Assembly (NCBI GenBank): GCA_020137815.1 | Contig: CM035362.1 | Span: 6,014,001 to 6,078,000 of the forward strand | Origin: Hormiphora californensis | Taxonomy: Eukaryota; Animalia; Ctenophora | Length of the DNA: 64,000 nt | Reading direction: 5' to 3' | Shown here: positions 34,413 to 52,100 of the stretch, piece by piece | Layout of the letters: every line of letters starts with the position of its first letter | How positions within the stretch are numbered: position 1 is the first letter of the stretch | The notes under the pieces: model-generated | Told to the model about the DNA's origin: nothing | Seen by the model: the letters and a program-made list of their open reading frames with translations, nothing else | Database searches by the model: none | Position numbers and translations under genes: made by a program

Positions 34413-35638
34413 CTAATTTCCTGAACATTTAACCTCGTGAAGACGTCTTTCACAAGCCTCAATAAATGATTTCACACACTTACTGCAAGGAAAGGGTTTT
34501 TCCCCAGTGTGTATCCTCATATGCCGCTTAAAGTTATTATCTAGAGCAAATTTCTTTCCACAGACCTCACATTTGAATGGACGCTCACCAGTATGAACCA
34601 GTTTGTGTCTTTTACAAGTACTGATACGAGTAAAAGTCTGACCACACTCCTCACAAATAAAAGGTTTGATTCCACTATGAACCTGCTCGTGTCGAATCAA
34701 TTCGCTGTTTGTGTTGAAACTCATCGGACAAATATCACACTGGAACTTCTTTTTTGGATGTGCAGTTTCAATGTGCTCGTACAACTCTGTTTTAGGTAAT
34801 CTAATTCCACAATTTTTCACTCGGCACGAAACAATATTGCTATGAACAAGATTTTGATGTTGATGTAATTGATATTTATGGACAAAGCTTTTTTCACACT
34901 CCTTACATTTGTGTGGTTTATATCCACTGTGCGCCAGATGGTGGTCAGTAAGATTCGAAGCACACTTGAAAGCCATGGGACAAACATCACAGAAGTGTTT
35001 TCTATCAGGATGGTCGTCTCGAATGTGCTGATACAAGTCCGTCTCTGATGACTTCCAAACTGAACAAATCATGATTTTACACCAGAATACTTTAGCACGT
35101 TTGTTATGGTTTAGTCCATCACAGTCCAGTAAAGTAGAAGGTTCTTTAGAAATGGATTGTTGGTGAACAACTCGTTTACATAGGGAAGGAGCTGCAGTAG
35201 CTGACTCTTCTCCTTTAATAGAATCCTGATTATTGAATTTCTCTCCTCCAGGTTCAATAAGATCACCTGTAGAATAGAGGGAGGGTCAAACAAGGTAAGA
35301 ATAGAATTGATAATCATTATTGGAAATGAAATGAACAATGCTGGAACACAATTATTTTATATTCAGTATTCACAACCTTTGATACTACAAATAACACAAT
35401 TTTAAGACTACTGCAAATACCAGGATAAATATCACACTCAAAACTCACAATAATCTGAGGAAACCACATTAGATTGAGCATCAGATATTGGGCAGGGAGT
35501 AAACATTACAGGTTTGATGTCACTTTCCACATATATTGGTTCGGTTTTCAGAAGGGGAGGAATTTCAAACCTTATGTCAGTTCTTATGTCAGTTTTTTTG
35601 GCCTTTTTTGATAAAAGATCACTCCTTCTTTTTGCCAT
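34413..35638 (-). CDS. C2H2 zinc-finger protein 6
   Basis: Exon 1 MAKRRSDLL...IPPLLKTEP; finger ORF 34413-35072. Confidence 0.88.
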
Positions 35639-36243
35639 GTTCTGAAACTTATAGGAAAATGATAGAGATAAAGAAAGAGAGATGGGGCCAGTAGGGAAAC
35701 AGTAGGGAAACATGTGGTACATAGACAGAGATACATAGACAGAGATACATAGACAGAGAGACGGAACAAAAGGACGGACAGGTAGACAAATAGATCTACA
35801 GTAAAGGAGGAGTATAAATATATGGAGGATTATAAATATAAGTGAGAACAGTTGAAAAAATGGACTTTATACTCGGATACCTCAAATAATATTTTTTGAG
35901 GTATCCGAGTATAAAGTCCATTTTTTTGAACTGTTCACACTTCACTAAAAATTTTGGTTTGAATAATTTAATTGAGAAGCGTGAGAGCCAAAATAAGTTT
36001 TCGACGAGTAAACAAAAACAGGTCGCTAGATTCACAGGGGATGAACAGTTAAAAATGGACTTCATTTTCACATAAAACAAATTATATTTAAAGCAGTTTT
36101 AAATGAGGTTAACTGTATGTGATACAATTATTGAACATTAAATAATATATGTCATTATATGCATGTTTCTCTTTGATAAACAATAATATTCTCTCACTAC
36201 CATTGTCTCATTTCACCACACGAAAACATTTCAAAACTCAAAG

Positions 36244-42487
<6,244 letters not shown>

Positions 42488-43108
42488 GACTACAAAACAA
42501 GGAGGTGAATTAAATCTCCATGGCTACAAAACAGGGGTGTGAATTAAATCTCCATGTCTACAATAGGGAGGTGAATTAAATCTCCATGGCTACAAAACAG
42601 GGGTGTGAATTAAATCTCCATGACTATACAACAGGGAGGTGAATTAAATCTCCATGACTACAATGTAGGGAGGTGAATTATATCAAGAACTATTAATTAG
42701 AAGAGGAGAGTGGAATTTGAATAATGTTCTGCGGAGGTTAAATCTGTTGAAATCATTGACAATTGAGACTCTGAGACACTTTAGATCAATTGCTGGACAA
42801 CTCAGTGTAGATTTTAGTAAGAGCTGCGAATAAAACTAGAGAGCTGATTTTTAAAACAAAACACACAATCGTATAAAAATGGGATTTTTTTGTAAATAAT
42901 TTACTCTTTGATTATTATCTTGTCCCACATAAAACAAAAATACTACGAAAAATAATCCAAACCCAATCACAAGAAACGGTTCCGATCAGGAAATTACAAT
43001 GTTTTTAGGAGCAACATTGCGTCATTGCATTGACAACTTGTTACTAGTAGTAACCAGACGTAACCAGAAGTAATCGCTAGTAGTCATGGTAACCATGGTA
43101 ACCAAAAG

Positions 43109-46100
43109 TTAAGCAGAGATGCATTCAAGTGATGGAACAATATCTATCTCCCGACACTTGCACCAACATCCGGGAGTCGGGCACACCTTGTGTTCTCTGC
43201 AAGAAGGGGGAAATGAGTATCATATATGCATGTAATCATGGAAACTAGTGGGTAACCAATAAATATCAGTAACTATGGTAACCAATTGTAACCATGGTAA
43301 CCAATTGTAACCTTGGTAACTAGCGGATGACCAGTTGGTAACCGATTGTAACCATGGTAACCAGTTGTAACCATGACAACTTAGTGGGTAACCAGTTGTA
43401 ACCAATTGTAACCATGACAACCAATTAAGACTCACCTAAACCAATCAGCCATGTGATCTGAGTGGCAGCCATGTCCACACGCCAGACACCACACAAACCA
43501 GTCACCAAGAGGGTTGGTCCGTGTTATAACTGTGTTTTGCTGTTTCCGCTGTTGTTGCTCGTGACTCATGAACCGTTCAGGGGGTCTTTCAGCTGAATAT
43601 TAGATTTAGGGAGGGATTATATTGGGGATTATATTGGGGGATGTTCAGGGGGTCTTTCGGCTGAATTATATTTAGGGGGTTATATTGTGGGTCGCGTTCA
43701 GCTGAATATCATTAGGGAGGAGTTATTTGTTGATTTAACGGGATGCTCGGTGGAAAGGGTTTTGCCCGGTAAATCGGGGTCTGACTTATTAGTCACGTAC
43801 TCCAGTCACGTACTTCAGTCACGTACTTCAGTCACGTACTCGAGTCACGTACTTCAGTCACGTACCTTTAGTGTTTTGGTTAAACCTCGAAGTAGTCCCC
43901 AGATGATACATGCACAAAGAGCACCGGGGTAGTGGTTTCTTACAGTTAGTAGAGCAGCAGAACCTCTTATCAAAGGGTCTAACCAGGGACTGTGCCTGAC
44001 CGTTATGCATTGGAAGGGTTCGCGGATCTGAAGTAAAAGGAAGATAATTAATCCAACAATTTATTTGGGTACGAGCGGTACGAGGTCCCCCCTGTTCTCT
44101 CCCTGCTGCGCTGTTCTCTCTCGCGATGTAAGAGAGGGTAGTACTGAAAGCTTTCATAAGAATAATAAAGTGGTCATATAACTAGAGAATTGAGAACAGC
44201 TTAACTTACTGCGGATTGATTTTTCGCACTTGTAACATCGCACACTTGAGATATGGTATGGAGGTTCAGCGCGAAGCTCTGGTAACTTCTTCACCTAATG
44301 AAAAATATGAATTGTGAGAACATGATGAGAACATGATGAGAACATGTACCATCACGCTACCAACCTTAAGAAACTGCGCTATTCATTGACGAAATTACCT
44401 CCACCCCCGAGTTTTAGTACCCCCCCCCCCATTAGAACATACCTTGTTCTGGTAGAGAGAACGCTCAATCCACATCCGTCGGATATCTGAACATGATGAG
44501 AAATTAAACATCCATCTCACCAGACAAATTAGGTACATAGCTTCAGTAAAATCTAACACAACGGACCAACTTGCATTGTTGAAGCGGAGTTTTCAAATGT
44601 TTGCAAGGTCAGAGAGAAAAAACAGAGAAAATATTATGGTACATGGTATTGTTCTTACCAAAGAATCGAAGGTAGTTGTTCTTGACCAAGTTACTCAATT
44701 TATCTTTGCTAAAATCAACATATTTATTGGAAAGGGTCAGTGCCAGACAGACGGTTTGGACATCTGATGTCCGGTCGAGATACTCTTGAAGGAGCGCTGT
44801 TAGTGTCTTGCTTTGATTTTGAATACCTGGAGGTGGATTTAAATTACTAATTAATCGACCAATTAAATATATTTTTGCAATGTTGGTGGATCTAATCTGG
44901 GGTTATTTATAAGGGTGTCAAATTGACACTGCCAACAGCTGTCAACCACACCCTCTCTCATCTTAGCTTGGGGCCCCGGCCCCACCCCTGGGGGGGGGGG
45001 GGTCCAGCCCTAAAAAAAGCTAAGCTAACGGCCAAAATCAGGGTACCTTTAGCTTTTTTTAGCTTTTTTTAGCTTTTTTTAGCTTTTTTTAGCCTTTTTT
45101 AGCTTTTTTTAGCTTTTTATAGCTTTTTTTAGCTTTTTTTAGCTTTTTTAAGGCTAAAAAAGCTAAAAAAAAGCTAAAAAAAAGCTAAAATTGAGTTTTT
45201 AGTGGATTCATATAGGTTCGAATCCCGCTGACGCCAAATTTTTTAAACTTTTATTATAACGTTTCAAACTTTTCAACACTACTTTAAACAAATTAATTTG
45301 AGGATCCGTTTTGCTGCCCCTCGCTAATCCTTCTGAGACTTCTGTTTATCCCTCTCCTTAAAGAAAAGACAAGAGAAGACGTGTCTGGTTTTTCTAAGTA
45401 AACAGATCTCAGAGGACCTCGTTGGGTTATACCAAGGACGCCAAGACTTGCAAGGAACGGTTCCTCGCGCCTCTATTTACAGGACAGGATGTCGGGTGTG
45501 GCTACCCATGATGTTATTATGTGCAGGAACGATATGGAGGGTAAGTTGCTCGCCACGAGCTACTCTGATAGATGTAAGGGTGCCAGTATTTTGCAGAGCA
45601 TTAAGGATGATGCAGTGGAGCCTCCAAGTGGAGCCTCCAAAGCGGTTTTATGGACGATGGTCAAGGAACTATATGGATTGTTACCAGAAACACGACGCAT
45701 CTCTACCCACTCATCTGAATCTGTGACATCATTCACTGCTGACGACTTGAGAGATACACTGGATAAGCTGAAAGAGGATCTTCTGAGCACACTACCGGAT
45801 CTGGTTGCCCCCAAGGTTAGCAAGATCTTAGCTCCTAGCAGTGACCAATTGGCAATTCATGCTGTGAATCGCACTGGCTCGGCACAGGAAACTGTGACCC
45901 CTGTGACTCCAATTAAGAGGTATCTGACTATCAAGGATAAAGGTGAGGAAGGACCTATGTGTGAGAAGAAGTGGACTACTGTCGTGAAGACAAAGGTGGA
46001 GAAAGCATTGAATAAGATTCCAGTCCTAGATCTTTCAGTCACCAAGAGGAGGACAAATCTTATGTTTGAGACCGATGAACAGTTGGAACAGGCGAAAGAA

Positions 46101-49100
46101 GTTCTTTCACCGTTCCTTGATGTTTCTCCCGTAGTGGAGAAGGAGAAGAAAAGAGATCCTCGCATCATGATCAATGATCTTGACCAGGACCTACTGGAAA
46201 AAGATCGCCTTCTGTCAGAGATTGTCAGTGATAAGAATGAGTCTGTGAAGAGACTAGTTGGGGAGGGTCACCTGGTGAAGGTGGTCCATGTAAACAGAAC
46301 AGGAAGATATGCAGTGTTCCAGGTCTCTCCAGAAGTGAGGAAGGCGATATCGGAAAGGAAGGACAAGCTATTCTTGAAACTTCGACAGCATTCAGTGAGG
46401 AACAGGTTTTATGTCACGCAGTGTTTTCACTGCCAGCGCTTTGGCCATGTAGCAGGATCCATCTACTGCCCAAACAAGGATAAATCTCCGGTTTGTGCCT
46501 TCTGTACGGGAGATCATGACACTAGGAGTTGCCATGCCAAGAAGGAAAATGTAGTTAGCAGGATGAAATGTGTCAACTGTGATCATGGAGGAAGCAGAGA
46601 GGACAAGCGCCATGCTCAAAGTCACCCAGCCTCCAGCAGTATGTGTCCATTCTATGTAAATGCTAAAGGAAGACTCATGGAGAGTACCAGTGGAGTAACG
46701 AAGCAGGAAAAAAACGTGTACCTGACGAGGGCATGGGAGGATCTGAGAGGAAAACGTCTTGGAGGATTGGCACACTAAACGTCCACTCAGTTATGAATAA
46801 GACGTCAGGTGTAATTACACACTTGGAGGAAAAAGGATGTGACATCTGCTTGGTACAGGAGACTTATCTGAAACAGAGTGACACAGCTAAACTTCAGGAG
46901 ATCAGAGACTATGGTTGGAATATCTTCTCCTCGCCTAGAGCGGAACGTTCAGGAGGTGGAATTGGAATCTTGTACAGGGATGGTGTCAAGTTGAAATACA
47001 CTCCGGTAAAAGCCAAGTTTAAATCGTTTCAAGTCCAGGAAGCCCTTATTGGAGGAGGAAAAGATGTGACGAGGCTATGCAATATCTATAGACCTCCGTA
47101 TACTGGCAAGGCACGGTTTACGGAAGCCCAGTTCCTGGATGAGTTTACCGATTATTTGTCAGAGTTGGTCTGCAAAACGGGGAACCCTATCCTGATGGGG
47201 GACTTTAACTTCCAGGTTCAAGATACTCAGAACTTCTATGCGAAGAAGTTGCTTGGACTACTCGACTCTCTTGGATTTGATCAGCGGGTCCCACTACAAC
47301 CTACTCATGTTCGTGGTGGTACTTTGGATCTGCTTCTCTGCCAAAAAGACAGATATTCTAAGGTTCAATCAGTTGAAGTATTTCCTGACGGAACGACCTC
47401 TGATCATTTTCTTGTATTGGCGGAGCTGTGTATTGAAACTGTAGCAAGTGAATACAAGACTCGTGAAAAAGTGGACATGTACAGAGATTTCAAGGCTGTT
47501 GATATAGAAATACTTCGATGTGCTTTTAGGAGTGTGGATTGGAGTGAAGCGATGGAATCTGGATCAGCTGAGGAGGTTTTGTGTATTTATATGAGGAAAC
47601 TTGAGGAACTTGTGGATAGGACTGTCCCGTTGAAGAGGAGAAAGAAGAGAGGAGCTAAGCTGAGGCCATGGAGAGATAATCCAGAGGTGCGTCAAGTTCT
47701 TCGTCAGCGGCGGAATGCTGAGCGAGCCTGGGAGAACAATAAAACCAGCGTCACGAAGAAGCAGTTCAATGAACTCAAGAGGCAGTTTGGGCGTGTTGAC
47801 AAGGAAGCGAGGACAAACTACGTCAAGGAAGACTTGGAGGAGTCCAGAGATGACCCCAAAGCACTTCAAAGGAAATTGAACCGTCTACTTGGTAATACTG
47901 AGACCTTTATGCCTGAAACCACAGATAAGCGGAGGTTAGCGGATGACTTTGCTGACTTCTTTGTTGGAAAAGTTGATAAGATCCGGTCTACTGTTATTGG
48001 AGAGAAGAATCTGAGGACTAAGAGGAACCCTATTCATCAGACACCCGTCTGTTGTTTTGAGGAATTTGAGGAAGTTTCCCCAGAGAAACTAAAGAGGATA
48101 ATCAAAGACATGCCAGACAAGACATGTGATCTTGACCCTATACCGACTTGGTTAGTGAAGGGGTGTATGCATGAGCTAGCTCCAGTCTTGTGCAGGTTTA
48201 TTAACCTATCTCTTGGATGTTCCAGTGTTCCTGAACTTCTCCAGCAAGCTTTGGTGTTTCCAACGATTAAGAACCCTTATGGCGATAAGGACACTTTGAC
48301 CAATTATCGGCCAGTCTCCAACCTATCTTTTGTCTCCAAGCTTCTTGAAAAGATAGTTCTAGAGCAGCTCAACTCGTATCTTAATGAGAACGAGTTACTA
48401 AATAAGCATCAATCAGGTTACAGGGTGAATCATAGCTGTGAAACCCTACTGATGGGTATGTTTGATGATCTCCTTCGGGATATGGATGAAGGAAAGGTCG
48501 CAGGCCTCTTTCGATTAGATATGAGCGCCGCTTTTGACACAGTGGACCATGGAAAGCTGCTAGAAGTTCTTGAAGAACGGTTTGGAGTGAAGGGTTCTGT
48601 CTTGGATTGGTTCGCCAACTATCTACAAATGAGGACTTATCGGGTAAACGTGGAAGGGGAACTTTCGAGGATTGTCTCTCTGATTTGTGGAGTTCCGCAA
48701 GGTTCACTGCTTGGACCTGTGTTGTTTTTACTGTATGTGGAGGAATTGCAAGATTTGGTCAAACCGTATGGCTTAAGGATTAAACTGTATGCTGATGACT
48801 CGCAATTGTACATCAGCTTTGTTCCAACTGATGAGGAAAACTGGAAACTGGCAAAGAAGAGGACTGAGGAATACTTGTTAAGTGTGAAAGAGTGGATGAG
48901 TGAGCACTGGCTAAAGTGCAATGAGGCAAAGACTGAATTCCTGCTGTTAGGCAAAAACAGCGCCCTGGATAAGATGGTCTATCAGCCCACTGTGGACTTT
49001 GGTGGAGTGGAGATAAGCCCAGTGGACTTTACGGGGAGTACAGGGAAAACACTAGGAGTGTTCCTTGATAGCAACCTCTCTATGGAGAGGCAAATCAACA

Positions 49101-52100
49101 GTGTTAAGAGGCAATGTGGTTTGTTGTTGAAGAATCTATGGCAGGTAAACCGGTGTCTAGATAGATCGACAAAGATACTCCTTGTTAAGCAGCTCATCAT
49201 TTCAAGACTGGATTATTGTAATATCCTTTACCATGGCTTACCTAAGAAGCTTCTCAACAGCCTTCAGAGAGTCTTGAACTCGTGTGTCAGATTTGTTTAT
49301 GGCCTACACGGTCACCAAGACACCTACATGCCATACTTGAAAGAATTGCATGTTCTTCCTGTGGAACAACGTGTCACGTTCAAAGCATGCCTTATGGCGT
49401 ACAAGATTGTACATGGATTGGCCCCTGACTACCTGCAAGATCAGGTCCCTGTTGATGATGGACTTCATGTGATCCGGGCTACTAGAGGAAATGCTTGGCC
49501 TGATGGCCTCAAGCTGAAGTACCCTAAGCTATCAAGTGTCAATGCGACTTCCAAGTTGAGAAGAAGACGTCCGTCGGTTTACCTGCCTGAAGTCTGGAAT
49601 AGGCTTCCCCTTGATCTGAGAGCTGTTGAGTCTGTGGAATCTTTCAAGTCGAAGCTCAAGACTAGTCTTTTCACTGAGGCTTTTGGTGAGACTGGACTGT
49701 CCTCTTAACACTCTCCTTCTTGCTGAGGTATGTGCTCTAGCTGGCACCCGTTTTTTATTATTTTTCTGTATTTAAGCTCGTGGCGAGCAGAAGTGTGAAG
49801 CATAAATTGGGGTTTTTCATAGCACGAGTGTTTTTCTGTGTTTCCAATATACGGACTTTTATATCAATTTTTAGAGTTCCAGGACTCTAACTCAGTCTGT
49901 TATGTAATCAGTCACCGATAGTTATGTGAGCCGATAGTAATGTGAGCCGGTGTAATTTTTCTTTATTATTTTTTGTTCTACTAGAGTACCCGTTTGCTGG
50001 GAACCCGTGACCTGGTAAATGGTAATTTATCCTCATATAACCGGTGACATTTGTGTTTGATTTTTAAAAGATAATTTGTTTGTTCCTTAGAGCAATGAGT
50101 CTCATAGTAGGAGCGGTTAGATCAGCACGTGCAGAAAGTCGCGCGCCACCCTAATCTCAGGTTACTCTCACGGCTTCATTTTGCATCCAATCCAAAAGTG
50201 ACCTTCATCAAACCTGTAGATCTCCTCAAGGAGAAGCGAAAACTTGAGGGACATTTCTTGATAATGATTGGATGCGACCTCGAGGAGCTATGACAATGCG
50301 CAAAAAGGGGTGGCATGCGACTTTAACCACGTGGTGATCTAACCGCTCCTACTATATCATACACCTTGGGTTTTTGAAAAAACGGCCATTACAATTTTGG
50401 TGAGGCGGGTAAATCATTTACTGTAACGCGCGAATTTTCCCAAAAAAGCGCTGCTTTTCTACGCCGCGCGCGGAACCTAGAATTACGCGCGCAGTGTAAA
50501 ATTTTAAAATTCATTGCATTGAAAATTTCCTCGCGTTTTATGTCGCCAAAAAAAAGTCGACGAAAAATTCCAAATTCGTGAATTTAGAATTATAAGAACT
50601 CCGGTCAGTTCTCATCTTGCCAATGCGTTTTCCGGGAACCCCTGGCCAAAGGACATTAAAGTTCACATAACGACCAAGTTTCATATCGATTGGATAAGAT
50701 TTTGGGTGGCTACGGTGAAAAATATCGTATTTTTGGCATTTTTAACTTTCCCGACGCGATTTACGACCCTTAAACATTGAGTTACGGGAAATCGCTATCA
50801 TGTAAAATGAAGTTCAAACGATTCTCTTTCCCCACTATTGCGTTAGTTTTTTGATTTAGAGCCGTTTTCAGGGTCTTAGAAGCGTTTGAAAAATGTAAGT
50901 CTTTTTGTCGCAATGACGTCACCCCGTGACGTCACTGCTATAAAGATCGGATCAAAAATCTGAGCCCGTACTTACATCCGCCTTGGTCCAAGGTACCAGT
51001 GTACAAATTTTCAGGGGTCTAGCTCAAAAACTGTGGGAGGAGTTTGAAAAACCAATTAACGGACAGACTGACTAACATTATGGAATTTATTATATGGATT
51101 AGGGATAAGTTGGCGAGGTCTTACCAGTATATTAACCGTTCAGATCATCCTTCAGTGACAGCAGCAGTTCCGCTGCTCTGTCCCTGTCGGATATGGGCGG
51201 AATATAAACATAGTTATTATTATTATTATTATTAACGTTTTTTGAACTTTTTTAAAACTATTTTTATCAAATTTGAATAATATTTTTATCGAAAAAATGT
51301 CTCCAGAAAATGGCAGTAGGGGGATACAGAAATTGCTATGTATGGACATAAACGGTAGATTATGGTAAAAAATGTGCAGGAAATGAACAAATGCAGTCAA
51401 TAGACGTCCGGAAGGATGAAAATTTAATGGAAAAGTGTCAAGATGAATGCTGAAAAAACATAAAAAGTAGGGCTAAAAAAAGCTAAAAAAAGCTAAAAAA
51501 AGCTAAAAAAAGCTAAAATAAAAAACGCTATCGACCAAAATCAGGGTACCTTTAGCTTTTTTTAGGGCTGGACCCCCCCCCACCCCTAGAATTTGATCGT
51601 CTCCAAACACACACAAACACACACAAACACCCGGACACACACGCATACCAGTAAGTATAACAGCCCGAATGTTTCCCTCTGCTATCTCCCTCTTCATCAG
51701 CTCCTGCAGGAACCGCGTCAGCTTGGAGTCAGGGAGGTATCGGCATCCAAACAGGATCCTATCCTCGAGGAGTAGTTCAGAATCGTGGAGGATCTCAGTG
51801 TATGCACCCTCCAGGGGACCCTGTATTGGAGATAATAGTTTAAAGGGACCCTGTATTGGAGATAATAGTTTAAAGGGACCCTGTATTGGAGATAATAATT
51901 TAAAGGGACCCTGGAGATAATTATACTGTTAGAGGGGGGTAAATTTGTCGATTGGGGAAGTTTAGTGGTTGATATGAATGATGAATCTGAGACACGCTTT
52001 TTGTTGATCGAAAGTACTAACTAACATTTATTTATTGACAGCTTTTCTTACCTCTGCTTTGAGGAAGTTAAACATGGCTCTTACCTCTGCTTTGAGGAAG

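Larger units (their letters stand above)
45261..51233 (+). mobile_element. Full-length two-ORF non-LTR retrotransposon (L2/CR1 group) with spliced leader at its 5' end; 3' UTR interrupted by DNA elements
   Basis: ORF1 and ORF2 intact. 3' tail ...tgtcggatatgggcggaatataa...(tta)n at 51180-51233 resembles the tail of the related copy at 39985-40037. A candidate TSD taacgttt flanks both ends. Confidence 0.9.
44990..51580. mobile_element. TIR element (GGG termini, ~8-9-bp TSD, MULE-like) in a MIOS intron, hosting the SL-LINE
   Basis: ggtccagccctaaaaaaagcta / tagctttttttagggctggacc; flanking ccacccct repeats; subterminal (agcttttttt)n arrays. Confidence 0.65.

Noticed and set aside
45205-45237. 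tRNA (ggttcgaatcccgctgacgcca)
   Set aside because: Only a T-arm/3' fragment; no D-arm or anticodon arm can be built.
45261-45400. SL RNA gene
   Set aside because: The leader is not followed by a GT donor; it is fused to the LINE 5' UTR.
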